DNA from: an uncultured Chloroflexia bacterium
GTDB lineage: Bacteria; Chloroflexota; Limnocylindria; Limnocylindrales; CSP1-4
DNA: 64,000 bases
Assembly: GCA_963757595.1 (NCBI GenBank)
Contig: CAVWRX010000005.1
Location: 1,508 to 65,507 of the forward strand
Direction: 5' to 3'
Shown: piece after piece, positions 1 through 9,885 of the stretch
How positions within the stretch are numbered: position 1 is the stretch's first letter
Layout: every line of letters begins with the position of its first letter
Notes under the pieces: model-generated
What the model was told of the DNA's origin: nothing
The model's input: only the letters and a program-made list of their open reading frames with translations
Database searches by the model: none
Made by a program: the position numbers and the translations under genes

Positions 1-423
1 ATACGGGATCAGCGCCGCGCCGACGAGGACGAAGGTCGGGACCATGACGCCGGCCACGGACGGATGGAAGTAGGCGAGGAGCTCCTGGAGGCCAAGGAAG
101 TACCACGGCGCCTTGGCCACGGCCGGCGTCACGTTGCCGTTCGCGAGCTGCTCGAGCGGGGCGTTGATGAAGAGGCCCATCAGGAGCAGGAAGATGCTCA
201 TCACGCCACCGGCGAGGAACTCGATCGAGAGCAGGTGCGGCCAGGTCATGACCGTGTCGTCCGGCTCCTTCTGGACCCTGACGACGGCGTCCTGCTTGAC
301 CATCGCGAGCAGCCGGTACGGCCGCGCCGACATCGGCACGCGCTGCTTGTCGATCTCGGTTCGCCGGGTGGGATCGACCGGCGCGACGACCCGCGTCTCC
401 TCCGGCTTCTTGGTGTCGGTCAT
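1..423 (-). CDS. cytochrome b C-terminal / subunit IV-like protein of a split cytochrome bc-type complex (3' end runs off the window)
   Basis: Own translation of the minus strand from ATG at 423: MTDTKKPEE...MTWPHLLSIEFLAGGVMSIFLLLMGLFINAPL...AKAPWYFLGLQELLAYFHPSVAGVMVPTFVLVG. It has TM helices and a PEWY-like (APWY) Qo-site motif, and lies 148 bp downstream of the cytochrome b6-like gene. It is absent from the ORF track because there is no stop inside the window. Confidence 0.8.
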   Translation of the reverse strand, partial: MTDTKKPEETRVVAPVDPTRRTEIDKQRVPMSARPYRLLAMVKQDAVVRVQKEPDDTVMTWPHLLSIEFLAGGVMSIFLLLMGLFINAPLEQLANGNVTPAVAKAPWYFLGLQELLAYFHPSVAGVMVPTFVLVGAALIPY

Positions 424-571
424 GAATCGCTACTCATACCAGCAGTTGGGCCGCAAGAGCTGGCACCCGGGTCGCTAGGGCGGTCAGGCGCAAGGCGCCC
501 GGGAGCACCGCAGCGAGCGGACTCGGAGGTCCGTGAGCGAGGAGCGGAGCGGGCAACGCAGCGAATGACTG

Positions 572-1300
572 TCATAGCGGCCCGCTGATCCCGCCGTCTT
601 TGCGGATGCGCCAGAAGTGGACTGCCATGAACAACGCCGCGACCAATGGGAAGACCATGATGTGGAGGACATAGAACCGCAGCAGCGTGTTCTGCCCGAC
701 CTCCAGACCGCCCAGGAGGAGGACCTTGCCCGGGACGTTGAGGAGCGGGGCGTAGCCGGCCATGTTCGAGCCGATCGTGATCGCCCAGTAGGCGATCTGG
801 TCCCACGGCAGGAGGTAGCCGGTGAAGCTGAGCATGATCGTCAGGAAGAGGAGGACGACCCCCACCACCCAGTTGAACTCGCGCGGCGGCTTGTAGGCCC
901 CGTGATAGAAGACCCGCATCATGTGCAGGAAGACGAAGAAGACCATCAGGTGGGCGCCCCACCGATGGATGTTCCGGGTCAGCAACCCGAACGTGACCCG
1001 CGTCTGCAGGTCGAGGATGTTCGTGTAGGCCTGCGTCGCCGACGGGACGTAGAAGAACATCAGGTAGACGCCCGTCACGGTCAGGACCAGGAACAGGAAG
1101 AACGACAGGCCGCCCAGGCAGAACGTGTAGGCGAACTTGACCGCGTGCTGGCGAACCCGCACCGGATGCAGGTGCAGGAAGACGTTGTTCATGACCGCGT
1201 AGGCCCGCGACCGCTCGTCGTTCGGGTACGCGTTCCGGAAGATGGAGCGCCAGACCGGGCTGCGGCGGATCGAGGTATCGACCCGCTCGAGGAAACTCAC
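572..1300 (-). CDS. cytochrome b6-like N-terminal (4-TM, di-haem) subunit of a cytochrome bc-type complex
   Basis: 242-aa ORF. His pairs sit in helix B ([20 protein letters not shown]) and helix D ([22 protein letters not shown]), and the profile is typical of cytochrome b. The GTG start overlaps the upstream stop (GTGA at 1297-1300). Confidence 0.9.
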   Translation of the reverse strand: MSFLERVDTSIRRSPVWRSIFRNAYPNDERSRAYAVMNNVFLHLHPVRVRQHAVKFAYTFCLGGLSFFLFLVLTVTGVYLMFFYVPSATQAYTNILDLQTRVTFGLLTRNIHRWGAHLMVFFVFLHMMRVFYHGAYKPPREFNWVVGVVLLFLTIMLSFTGYLLPWDQIAYWAITIGSNMAGYAPLLNVPGKVLLLGGLEVGQNTLLRFYVLHIMVFPLVAALFMAVHFWRIRKDGGISGPL

Positions 1301-3213
1301 CTGGAACCTCCTGCCACGCCGGCTGTCCCGGCGAGCTGGGCGTCACGGTAGGACTCCTTGTAGAGCCGCCCGTCCGTCGAGATCTCCTGGAGCTCGAACC
1401 GCTCCATCGTAATGGCGTCGAACGGGCATCGCTTGACGCACAGCGCACAGCGGATGCAGCGCTCCTCGTCGAGGACCATGGCCGCGCCGTTCTCCCAGCC
1501 GTAGGCCTCCTCGACCTCGGTGAGCAGGCCCTCGCTCTTCAGCTGGTTGATGTCGACCATGTGGATGACGCCTTCGGGGCAGACGTCGGCGCAGGCACCA
1601 CAGAGGACGCAGCGGAACGGGTCGAACCAGATGTTGTAGTTGCACATCAGGCAGCGCGTCGACTCCGCGACCGCCCCGGTGGCGTCGTAGCCCATCTCGA
1701 CGGGCGTCGTGAAGTTGACGGCCGGATCGGTCGACGGCATGCGAGCGGCGAGCGGGACCATCGGGATGTGCTGGCGGGGCAGGACGTCGTAGAACTCCGG
1801 CATCTCGTGGCGCCACGAGCTGGTCACCTTCACGTTCGCCGCGACCGTCACGTCGGAGCGACCGGCCAGGTAGCGATCGATCGCATAGGCGGCCTTCTTG
1901 CCGTGCCCGGCCGCCTCGATCAGCGTCGTCGGTCCGGTCACGAAGTCGCCGCAGGCGAAGACGCCCCGGACGTTGGTCGCGTAGGTCGCGGGATCGACCT
2001 TGAGGCGGCCGCGGTTCACCTCGAACGCAGACTCGACCGGGAGGAACGTCAGGTCGGCCGCCTGGGAGACGGCGGGGATCACGACGTCGGCGGGGATGAC
2101 GAACTCGGAGCCCGCGATCGGCACCGGCGAGCGCCGTCCGGACGCGTCCGGCGCGCCGAGCTTGTTGCGGATGAACTTGACGCCGGTCACGTGGCCGTCC
2201 TCGCCGAGGACCTCGACCGGGCTGGCGAGGAACTCCATGCGAACGCCCTCGCGCTCGGTCTCGCCCAGCTCCTCCTCGTCGACCACCAGCTCCGAGCGCG
2301 TCCGCCGATAGACGATCGAGACGCGATCGGCGCCGTGCCGGAGGGCGGTCCGCGAGCAGTCCATGGCCGTGTAGCCGCCGCCGATGACGACGACATCGTG
2401 GCCCACGGTCAGCTCCTCGCCGAGGTTGGCCCGCTTCATGAAGTCGACGCCGTAGTCGACGCCGGCGAGGTCGGCGCCGGGCACGTCAAGGGCGACCGCG
2501 TTCATCGCTCCGGCGGTCATCGCGACCGCGTCGAAGTCCCGCTGGAGATCCTCGAAGGAGATGTCCTTGCCGATCGTGGTGTTGAAGTGGAAGCGGACGC
2601 CGAGTCGCTCGACGAGCCGGACGTCCATCTCGATGGCCTCCCGCGGGAGGCGGAAGGCCGGGACCCCGATCAGCATCGTGCCGCCGCCGTAGGGCAGGCT
2701 GTCGTAGACGTCGACGCCGTAGCCCTTCATCGCCAGCTCGCGGGCGATGGCGATCCCGGCCGGGCCGGCACCGACCACGGCAACCTTCTCGGCGCGGGCC
2801 TCGATGTGGGGCATGACGTCGGGGATGCCCGACGCCTCGTGCCACTCGACGAGGAAGCGCTTCATCGCCCGGATCGCGAGCGGGCGGTCGATGTCGCCGC
2901 GCCGGCAGGCGCGCTCGCAGGGGGCGGAGCAGACGTACGAGCACATGGCCGCGACCGGGTTCGGCTCCCGGGACAGGATGTACCCCTCCTCGAACCGCCC
3001 TTCGGCAGCGAGATTGAGGTAGCCCCGGCAGTTGGTCCCGACCGGGCACGCCTCCTGGCACTCGATGTTGCACTGCAACCACGAGGCGTCGACGGGCTGG
3101 ACGAGGAACTCGGGATGCAGGTCGAGGGCCAAGGGGGAGGTCGTGCCTTTCTCGTTTTGCGGCGCTGGGGAGGGCGGGCGAACAAGAAGACCGGCGGGGA
3201 CCTGCCGGCGCAC
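1297..3213 (-). CDS. GltD-family (glutamate synthase small-subunit-like) NAD(P)H flavoprotein fused to a C-terminal 2x[4Fe-4S] ferredoxin domain
   Basis: 638-aa ORF. N-terminal Cys clusters are [12 protein letters not shown] and [13 protein letters not shown]. Two dinucleotide-binding motifs are [12 protein letters not shown] and [12 protein letters not shown], with FACGD. C-terminal clusters are [12 protein letters not shown] and [12 protein letters not shown]. The exact start is uncertain. Confidence 0.85.
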   Translation of the reverse strand: MRRQVPAGLLVRPPSPAPQNEKGTTSPLALDLHPEFLVQPVDASWLQCNIECQEACPVGTNCRGYLNLAAEGRFEEGYILSREPNPVAAMCSYVCSAPCERACRRGDIDRPLAIRAMKRFLVEWHEASGIPDVMPHIEARAEKVAVVGAGPAGIAIARELAMKGYGVDVYDSLPYGGGTMLIGVPAFRLPREAIEMDVRLVERLGVRFHFNTTIGKDISFEDLQRDFDAVAMTAGAMNAVALDVPGADLAGVDYGVDFMKRANLGEELTVGHDVVVIGGGYTAMDCSRTALRHGADRVSIVYRRTRSELVVDEEELGETEREGVRMEFLASPVEVLGEDGHVTGVKFIRNKLGAPDASGRRSPVPIAGSEFVIPADVVIPAVSQAADLTFLPVESAFEVNRGRLKVDPATYATNVRGVFACGDFVTGPTTLIEAAGHGKKAAYAIDRYLAGRSDVTVAANVKVTSSWRHEMPEFYDVLPRQHIPMVPLAARMPSTDPAVNFTTPVEMGYDATGAVAESTRCLMCNYNIWFDPFRCVLCGACADVCPEGVIHMVDINQLKSEGLLTEVEEAYGWENGAAMVLDEERCIRCALCVKRCPFDAITMERFELQEISTDGRLYKESYRDAQLAGTAGVAGGSR

Positions 3214-3383
3214 TGGAATCTACCATCCAGCGGATCGACGGCGCAAAACCGTCTCGAAGCGTCCTCGCAGCGTGTCGGGGCGAGCCCGGCAGCGGGGATC
3301 CCGGTTGACGGCGGTAGCTACCCGCAGCTACGCTCCGAAGCAGGACCACGCTCGGCGAACTGGCCAGCCGGAAAGGACGGGAA

Positions 3384-4520
3384 ATGACCGCGAGCGAGTT
3401 CGCCTTCCTGGCGCTCGGGCTGGTGCTCGGTGTCGCCACCGGAGCGGCTCTCGTCGTTGTTCTTCGCGCCCGTCCGCCCGCCCGCGAGATCCGGGTGACC
3501 GTGGAACACGATGCGGTCCCCCGCCGGGCAGCGACGCTCTCCGCCGACGCCTTCGTCGCGCCCGCCGCCGGGCCGGCCCGGGGCGGACCGGCGGATCGGG
3601 ACGGCCTCGACCGGGACGAGCTGCCGTACGACAATCCGACGGACCCTCGAGGAGCCGGTTCGCCGACGCCGGTGATGGTGCCGATCGGCGCCCAGAATCG
3701 AACGACCGTTTCCTTTGCCGGTTCGGCAGCTGGATCGGGCGGCATCCGCATCGTCCCCGAGCGGGACCCAACCCTCGAGGAGCTTCGAATCCTGGCCGCC
3801 CGGACCGTCGACCCCCTCGTCCGAGCCGGCATGCCGACCACCGGCACGTTGCTCGGTTCGCTGCCATCGACCCAGGCGTCAACCCGGGCGGAACCGGCGC
3901 AGCGCCCGGATCCGGCACCTGCCCGCGAGGCCTCGCCGGAGATCGCGTTGGATACCGACGCTGAAGTTCCGGCGCTCATCCGGATCCTCCGCGGTGACCA
4001 CCGCGCGCTCGCCGCCACGGCCGCGCTCCTCGCCGGGTCCGACGCGGCCCAACGACGGCCCTGGCATGACACGCTCATGGCCCTCGCCAGGGCCCTCGCG
4101 GATCGAGCGCTGCGGGAGGGCTGGCTCGATATCCCGGTGGGAAACCCGTTCTGGGATACCTTCACGATCGGCCAGTGCCGAACGATCGCCGCTGCCCTCG
4201 CCACGGTCGGCTACCGCTTCGACGGAACCGGCGGCTGGGACCTGGGCCGGGTCCCGACGTATCGGGACCTTGCGGCCGCGGTCGCGGTCGCCGGCCTGGA
4301 GCCGCGCCGCATCCGGGCGTGGCCAACCCAGGACGAGATCGCCGGCCTCTACCTGCAGGCGACCATCGCCGCCGACGAATACGTCCTGACCCGCGCCCCT
4401 GATCTCGGCGAGGTGGAAATCCGCGACCTCGTCGGGACGGACGACCCCGTGCTCGATCGGGCATGGGCCTCGTGGGGTCGCGTTCGGGCGACGCTTCTGG
4501 ACCCACTGCCACTCACCTGA
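3384..4520 (+). CDS. hypothetical membrane-anchored protein (one N-terminal TM helix, Pro/Ala-rich linker, conserved-looking C-terminal domain)
   Basis: 378-aa ORF. N-terminus FAFLALGLVLGVATGAALVVVL. Codon usage is coding-like and no family is recognised. Confidence 0.55.
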   Translation: MTASEFAFLALGLVLGVATGAALVVVLRARPPAREIRVTVEHDAVPRRAATLSADAFVAPAAGPARGGPADRDGLDRDELPYDNPTDPRGAGSPTPVMVPIGAQNRTTVSFAGSAAGSGGIRIVPERDPTLEELRILAARTVDPLVRAGMPTTGTLLGSLPSTQASTRAEPAQRPDPAPAREASPEIALDTDAEVPALIRILRGDHRALAATAALLAGSDAAQRRPWHDTLMALARALADRALREGWLDIPVGNPFWDTFTIGQCRTIAAALATVGYRFDGTGGWDLGRVPTYRDLAAAVAVAGLEPRRIRAWPTQDEIAGLYLQATIAADEYVLTRAPDLGEVEIRDLVGTDDPVLDRAWASWGRVRATLLDPLPLT

Positions 4521-4569
4521 ACCCGCAATCCGATAGGCCCGCTGCCGCGGCCAGCTGCGGGGTCACCGG

Positions 4570-5367
4570 TCAGCGTTCCTGGGCAGCCGCCTCTGCTTCC
4601 GCCTCGTCCGTCCCTTCGTCCGGCTCCTCGTCGATAACGATCAGGCGGAACGCCTCCCCCGCCGCGACGCCGATCGCCGCGCCCTCCTCGGTCGCCCAGG
4701 CGCGCATGCGGGTATCCAGCTCTGCTGGCTGCTTGATCTGGCTCGCATGCGCCCGGAGCGCGTCGACCTTGCGGCCGATCGTCGCCGTCACGTCCACGCG
4801 CACGGTCGGGTGGTTCGACCAGAAGAGGTACAGCCGGCGAACCTTGTGTCCGGCCAGCCCGTCGCGCGCCAGCCACGGAAATGCCATGGGGTTCCGCGCC
4901 GCCGGATAGACCGCATCGACGGCCGCGATCGCGGCGGCCCGGTGGTCGGTGTGGTTGACCCCGCCGTCGCCGTGGAAGAGGGTCTCGGGATCGGTCGTGA
5001 GGACCGCGTCGGGGCGGAACGTCCGGATCTCCCGGACCAGCAGCTCCCGCAGCGCCAGGTCGTTGGCGAGCGCTCCGTCAGGCTGATGGAGGAAGGTGAC
5101 ACCTTCGTACCCGACGACGGCCGCAGCGGCCCGCTGTTCGCGTTCCCGCGTGGCCGCCAGCTCGAGGGGATCCGCGGCGAAGTCCTCGCCGCCCTGATCC
5201 CCACTCGTGCAGCACACCAGCCAACCGGCAGAACCCGCGTCGATCCAGCCGGCGGCCGTGGCGGCCGGACCGAAGTCGGCGTCATCGGGATGCGCGACGA
5301 TCACCATGAAGCGCGCCGGTCTCCATCCGTGCGGCGTCGTCGCTGCCGCTTCGGTTGGTTCGTTCAT
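4570..5367 (-). CDS. PIG-L/LmbE family N-acetylglucosaminyl deacetylase
   Basis: The ORF runs 4570..5415. Motifs are VIVAHPDDADFG, HTDH and the conserved C-terminal half. I prefer ATG at 5367 (MNEPTE...) as the start, but 5415 is possible. Confidence 0.8.
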   Translation of the reverse strand: MNEPTEAAATTPHGWRPARFMVIVAHPDDADFGPAATAAGWIDAGSAGWLVCCTSGDQGGEDFAADPLELAATREREQRAAAAVVGYEGVTFLHQPDGALANDLALRELLVREIRTFRPDAVLTTDPETLFHGDGGVNHTDHRAAAIAAVDAVYPAARNPMAFPWLARDGLAGHKVRRLYLFWSNHPTVRVDVTATIGRKVDALRAHASQIKQPAELDTRMRAWATEEGAAIGVAAGEAFRLIVIDEEPDEGTDEAEAEAAAQER

Positions 5368-5488
5368 CGCCGCCCTGCGCGAGGGCCGCGAATTGCGTTC
5401 GCGATCTCCATACAATGCCTCCAGAGGCCTCGCCCGCTTCCCCCCACGAGCGAGGCCTCACAGGCCCCCCGTCGTGAGCGAGCGTCGG

Positions 5489-5983
5489 TCATGTCGGCGC
5501 CGCGCCACGCCGCTCGCGACCACGCGCGAGTTCCGCCACGACCTCGGCGGCGTGACCGTCGGCCTTGACCCTTGGCCAGACGTGGGCGATCCGACCGTCC
5601 GGATCCACGAGGAACGTCGAGCGCTGGATGCCCATGTACTCCCGGCCGTAGTTCGTCTTCAGCGTCCAGGCCCCATAGGCCTCGGCGGCGGCGTGGTCTT
5701 CGTCGGACAACAACGTGAAGTTGAGCGAGAACTTGTCGCGGAAGCGCCCGTGGCTCGCGAGGTCATCCGGGCTGATGCCCCAGACGTCGGCACCTTCCTC
5801 GCGGACGACCTCATCGACGTCGCGGAACTGGCAGGCTTCGGTCGTGCAGCCCGGCGTGTCGTCGGCCGGGTAGAAATACACGACGGTCCACCGGCCGCGC
5901 TGGTCCGTCAGGTGGTGGATCGTTCCGTCATCGCCGGGAAGTTCGATCTCGGGAGCCGGCTCACCCACGCTCGGCATGTTCAT
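5489..5983 (-). CDS. bcp: thiol peroxidase / peroxiredoxin, Bcp type
   Basis: 164-aa ORF. Peroxidatic-Cys motif YFYPADDTPGCTTEAC and overall AhpC/TSA-family layout. The start ATG overlaps the stop of the upstream frame (ATGA at 5980-5983). Confidence 0.9.
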   Translation of the reverse strand: MNMPSVGEPAPEIELPGDDGTIHHLTDQRGRWTVVYFYPADDTPGCTTEACQFRDVDEVVREEGADVWGISPDDLASHGRFRDKFSLNFTLLSDEDHAAAEAYGAWTLKTNYGREYMGIQRSTFLVDPDGRIAHVWPRVKADGHAAEVVAELARGRERRGAAPT

Positions 5984-6662
5984 TCCGAGAGCCTATCAGG
6001 GCCCTCGACCACGAGCAGGCGGCCGGACCCGAGGGACAGCGAGGCGGGCGACGCGACGCGGATGTTGGAGACGCCGCGGGATCCGCCCCGCGACGAGCGT
6101 CGCGTTCACGAGCCCGAACCGGAGCCCCGTCGTGGTGATGTCCGTCGTGGTCTCGATCGGGATGAGGGATACCACCGCGCCGACCCTGCCGGGCAGGGAG
6201 ACGCCGGACGCAGGCCCGCTCACGAGCCGGACGCGGGCCGAGGGATCGAGGATGACCAGCTCGCGGCCATGCCCGGACGGATGGCCGAGGAGCGCGACGT
6301 TCGCCAGGGCATGATCAGGCCGGGGCCCGCCGAGCGCCCCGAGGATGACGACGGATCGGGCGCCTGCGGCGAGAGCGGCCTCGAGCGCCAGCTCCGTGTC
6401 GGTGGCGTCCTTGTCGACCGACTCCAGGGACACGGCGACCCCACGCCGACGGAGCTCCGCGAGGCCGTCGGAACCGAGCGAATCGCCGTCACCCACCCAG
6501 CGGTCGATCCGGAGACGGAGCCCGTCGGCCATGCGCGCCCCGCCGTCGGCGGCCACGACCAGGTCGACGTCGTCGTCCCAACCGGGCCACGCAGCGTCGA
6601 GCTGCGGCCGTCGTCGGTGCCGTCCCGTCCGCCAGGACGAGGGCGCGCCGGACGCCGCTCAC
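5980..6662 (-). pseudogene. thiN: thiamine pyrophosphokinase, interrupted by two +1 frame changes in this assembly
   Basis: Three frame segments read in order. (a) GTG at 6662: VSGVRRALVLADGTAPTTAA. (b) The track ORF 5996..6556: LDAAWPGWDDDVDLVVAADGG...VGDGDS...KDATDTELALEA. (c) GGSRGVSNIRVASPASLSLGSGRLLVVEGPDRLSE, with its stop at 5980. Frame breaks lie near 6596-6610 and 6078-6090 (a G/C run). Confidence 0.7.
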
Positions 6663-7312
6663 CGATCCGAGGTCATGGTGAGGAACGCCTCGACCCAGCT
6701 CGTCACGGAGGGCGCGATCTCCGCCGCGCCTGCCGCTTCCAGCTCGCTCCGCTCCCCCAGGATCGACTCGATCCCGACGCCCCGGGCGCCGACCGTTCGC
6801 GCCATGCGCATGTCATCGGGAGCATCGCCGACGTAGATCGTGCGCTCCGGGCGATCGCGGATGCCGAGCTGGTCGAGCGCCTCCAGGAGCGGCGCCGGAT
6901 GGGGTTTGGAGAACGGCATGTCGTCGCCGCAGACCCGAACGCGAAGGTGGCGCTCGAGGCCGGTGGCACGGAGCTGATGCTCCACCACGACGCGATCGCC
7001 GGCCGTTACCAGGCCCATCGTGAAGCCGGCCGCCTCGAGGCGATCCAGGGCGTTCTCGACACCGGGGAATGCCTGGGCGTCGCCCATCAGCGCTCGATAG
7101 GCGCCGAGCCAGCGAAGTCCGGCCTCCTCGATCACCGCATCGGGCAGGCCGAGGCGCCGATACATGCCGCGCCAGTCGGGGCTGTAGACCGCCCGATAGG
7201 CGGCATCGTCGTACCGGACACCATAGGACTCGAGGACCTCGGCGTTGGCCCGCGTGATCGCCGGCAGCGTGTCGACGAGCGTTCCATCCCAGTCGAAGAC
7301 CACCGCATCCAC
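6659..7312 (-). CDS. HAD-superfamily hydrolase (phosphoglycolate phosphatase-like)
   Basis: 217-aa ORF with HAD motifs I (VVFDWDGTLVDT), II (LVTAG), III (FSKPHP) and IV (YVGDAPDDM). Confidence 0.85.
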   Translation of the reverse strand: MDAVVFDWDGTLVDTLPAITRANAEVLESYGVRYDDAAYRAVYSPDWRGMYRRLGLPDAVIEEAGLRWLGAYRALMGDAQAFPGVENALDRLEAAGFTMGLVTAGDRVVVEHQLRATGLERHLRVRVCGDDMPFSKPHPAPLLEALDQLGIRDRPERTIYVGDAPDDMRMARTVGARGVGIESILGERSELEAAGAAEIAPSVTSWVEAFLTMTSDR

Positions 7313-7377
7313 GGCCCGATCGTAGCGCGGCCCGGACGAGTCCGGGGCGCGCCTGCCGGGATGCTAGACTCGCCGCC

Positions 7378-7917
7378 GTGCCACCCACGTCAGACCACGC
7401 CGCCGTTCGGCGCGTCATCGAGGCTGCCGCGCGCAAGGGCGTCGCGATCGAGGTCAAGGTCTTCGACGAGTCGACCCACACCGCCGAGGACGCCGCGAAG
7501 GCCGTCGGCGTCGAGCTCGGCCAGATCGTGAAGTCCCTGGTCTTCGTGTTGACTGCCGAGGATGGCACCCTCGAACCAGTGCTCTGCCTGGTCTCCGGGC
7601 CCAACCGGGTCTCCCTGCCGAGACTCGCCGCGGTGCTCGGCCGGACCGAGATCCGGCGGGCCACCGCGGCTGAGGTCAACGACCTCACCGGTTTCGTCAT
7701 CGGCGGCATCCCGCCCATCGGCTACACCCGCCGGATCCGCGTGATCATGGACCCGGCACTCGGCGGCTATCCCGTCGTCTGGGCCGCGGCGGGTCTCCCC
7801 ACCGCGGTGTTCCCGGTCGCACCGGCGACCCTTCGGATGCTGGCCGATGCCGTGGTCTCCCCGATGACGGACGAAGTCGGACAATCCGGGCCCTCGGGCG
7901 CCGTCCAGGCCATCTGA
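7378..7917 (+). CDS. YbaK/ProX-type aminoacyl-tRNA deacylase domain protein
   Basis: 179-aa ORF with GTG start. It shows KSLVF, GFVIGGIPPIG and the general YbaK/EbsC layout. Confidence 0.75.
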   Translation: MPPTSDHAAVRRVIEAAARKGVAIEVKVFDESTHTAEDAAKAVGVELGQIVKSLVFVLTAEDGTLEPVLCLVSGPNRVSLPRLAAVLGRTEIRRATAAEVNDLTGFVIGGIPPIGYTRRIRVIMDPALGGYPVVWAAAGLPTAVFPVAPATLRMLADAVVSPMTDEVGQSGPSGAVQAI

Positions 7918-8513
7918 TGGTCGGGGGCCGGGATGCCGGCCGCCCGGCCGACCCGCACGACGCGACGGTCACCTACCCGGGTGGGCTCCGCGCTCGGTGG
8001 CGATGGGGTGGATCCGGCCAGGCGCCCGCTGTCTTCGCCCTCACCGAGGCAGGAGGCACGCTGGTCGACCTCGGTTCGGTCGTCGCCGATGATCCCGACG
8101 CGCGCTGTCGGGCCGAGTTGCGGATCGACGGACCCGCTGGTGCCTGGACCGTCCGGATGGCCTCGACCATCAACGACGAGCCGGGAGCCGTGCTGTGGGA
8201 TTCGGCCGGGCTGCTCGTCGTGAAGTACGGATTCCATGCCTATGGCCTGGAGTCTCGAAGCGGGGGGCTCGCCTGGAGCCACCGGTCCGCGACCCCGATC
8301 CTTGCGGTCCTGGCGTCGTCGAGACTTCGGCACGTCCTGGTCCAGAGCGAGATCGAGACCTTCGCGATCGAGGTTGACGGAACCGTGGCTTGGCGAATCG
8401 CCCATTCCGATGTCGTCACGGCCGTGGAGCTCGTCGGGGGGCAGCTTGTCCTGACGAGCTACGACGGACAGCACAGCGTCCTCGACCCGGCGAGCGGGCG
8501 TCCGGCGGCCTGA
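7917..8513 (+). CDS. hypothetical protein (possibly beta-propeller-like repeats)
   Basis: 198-aa ORF. Its ATG overlaps the last base of the upstream TGA. Repeated G-x-L/V-x-W-type segments are present. No family is recognised. Confidence 0.45.
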   Translation: MVGGRDAGRPADPHDATVTYPGGLRARWRWGGSGQAPAVFALTEAGGTLVDLGSVVADDPDARCRAELRIDGPAGAWTVRMASTINDEPGAVLWDSAGLLVVKYGFHAYGLESRSGGLAWSHRSATPILAVLASSRLRHVLVQSEIETFAIEVDGTVAWRIAHSDVVTAVELVGGQLVLTSYDGQHSVLDPASGRPAA

Positions 8514-8794
8514 GCTCCGGTGCAGCCTGCGCAGCGTCGCCACGTCTGGCCGCGCCGCGTCCGGCTGTGGAAGCACGGTGGACAACCCGGTGCGCAGCGG
8601 CAATTCTCGTGGACATGTCCGTTGACGCTGCCGGTGTCACCGCCGTAGCGTTGTACCCAGCCCGGAGGGGCTGAGCGACACTAACGGCCGCGATCGCATC
8701 AAGGTCCACGTGTCGGGTAGGTTCCTCCGGGCCTTTCCATGCCCGGGAGGCGCGGAGCGCCGTCCAGGACGCGGGGACCCGAGGCGCTCGCTGG

Positions 8795-9769
8795 ATGTCG
8801 CGGGACGCAGCGAACGGGCCGATCATGCCGGTTCGGACCTGCCGCGGGCTATCATTCCCGGCCGTGGACGGCCTCGTCGTGATCCTCGTCGGCGTCGCCG
8901 CCCTTGGCGGCGGTATCGCGGTGCTCCGAAGCTACGGGGGCCGCTTCAGGATCGGGCGCCTCCTTGCTTCGGCGCCCTCGATATCCATTGCCGAGGCCGT
9001 CGAGATCGCGCGCTCGGGCCCCGCCGAATACGTCCGGGTCACCGGTCGCATCGATAGCGAGACGGACTTCGAGGACGTCGACCATCGCCCCCTGGTCTTC
9101 CGGCAGACGAGGCTGCAGTCGCGGCAGGCCGGCCGCTGGAAAGACTTCGACGTCGTGCGCGAGGCGGTGCCGTTCGAAGTCCGCGAGGGGCTCGACGGGA
9201 TCGCAGTCGATACGGACGGGCTCGACCATGGACTCGTGGTGGTGCCCCGGGAATCGGTCGGCGTGGTCGGCGATCTCGGCGATCGTGCCCCCGACGATCT
9301 CGACGACGGCCTGCCGGCCCGACTCGTGGTGGAATCGGTGTCGAGCGTGGAGCACGCCACCGTCGCCGGCGTGCCTGCCCTCGGGCCCGATGGCAACCCG
9401 CGGCTCGCCGCCGGGCTCGGCCGGCCGCTGATCCTGACGACCCTGGAGCAACCGGAGGCGATGCGCATCCTCGCCGAGGGCCGGCCAGCTCGCGCTCGGG
9501 TGGCGGCGATCCTGCTCGTCGCGGCGACCGTCCTCGTCCTCGCCGGCATCGCCCTCCTCATCCTGCCCGGCAGCGCGTTCGGCGCGTCGCCGGATCCATC
9601 GGTCCTCACCGGTTCCGACACCCGATCGTCCGGCCAGGGCCCGGGCATCGTGGGAGCACCGCTCGTCGCGATCTTCGGCGTCCTGGGTGTCGCGGTCGGC
9701 GCCGTGGTCCTGACCCTCATCTTCATCCGGGCGACGGGTGGACCGCGGAGATCGGACCCGCCCGACTGA
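8795..9769 (+). CDS. membrane protein, GIDE-like domain flanked by TM helices
   Basis: 324-aa ORF. One TM is near the N-terminus (VVILVGVAALGGGIAVL) and two are near the C-terminus. The central segment YVRVTGRIDSE...PFEVREGLDGIAVD resembles GIDE-domain proteins. The start could be ATG at 8825. Confidence 0.5.
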   Translation: MSRDAANGPIMPVRTCRGLSFPAVDGLVVILVGVAALGGGIAVLRSYGGRFRIGRLLASAPSISIAEAVEIARSGPAEYVRVTGRIDSETDFEDVDHRPLVFRQTRLQSRQAGRWKDFDVVREAVPFEVREGLDGIAVDTDGLDHGLVVVPRESVGVVGDLGDRAPDDLDDGLPARLVVESVSSVEHATVAGVPALGPDGNPRLAAGLGRPLILTTLEQPEAMRILAEGRPARARVAAILLVAATVLVLAGIALLILPGSAFGASPDPSVLTGSDTRSSGQGPGIVGAPLVAIFGVLGVAVGAVVLTLIFIRATGGPRRSDPPD

Positions 9770-9824
9770 GCATCCGAGACCTCGAGTGCGGACCTGCCCC
9801 GGGGCCCGTGGGACCTTTGTCCTA

Positions 9825-9852
9825 TTGGCAAGAACTGTGGGGTTCGTAGAGT
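9825..9852 (+). promoter_or_regulatory. candidate sigma-70-type promoter for the HTH/GGDEF gene(s)
   Basis: TTGGCA (9825-9830), a 16-nt spacer, then TAGAGT (9847-9852), in a locally AT-richer intergenic patch 34 nt upstream of the TTG start at 9886. Confidence 0.3.
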
Positions 9853-9885
9853 AGGGCGAACTTCACAAATCCTCAGGGGTGTCGG

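Noticed and set aside
420-1448. 342-aa ORF on the minus strand overlapping the cytochrome b gene, and many similar long ORFs (for example 1561..3387+, 2486..4204-, 5207..7531+, 10670..13279-, 14482..15876-, 18468..20255+, 19565..22300+, 23913..25622+, 36799..38367-, 50087..51649+, 54213..55646-, 57025..58665-, 58127..59389-).
   Set aside because: Their translations are Arg/Pro/Gly/Ala-rich and low-complexity, with no recognisable motifs. Each lies antisense to, or out of frame with, a gene that has clear family motifs. These are typical shadow ORFs of high-GC DNA.
8514-8794. 280-bp intergenic region with several short overlapping ORFs (8390..8674+, 8416..8826-, 8710..9057+).
   Set aside because: None has coding-like composition or motifs. 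I saw no repeat or convincing RNA structure. The region was left unannotated.
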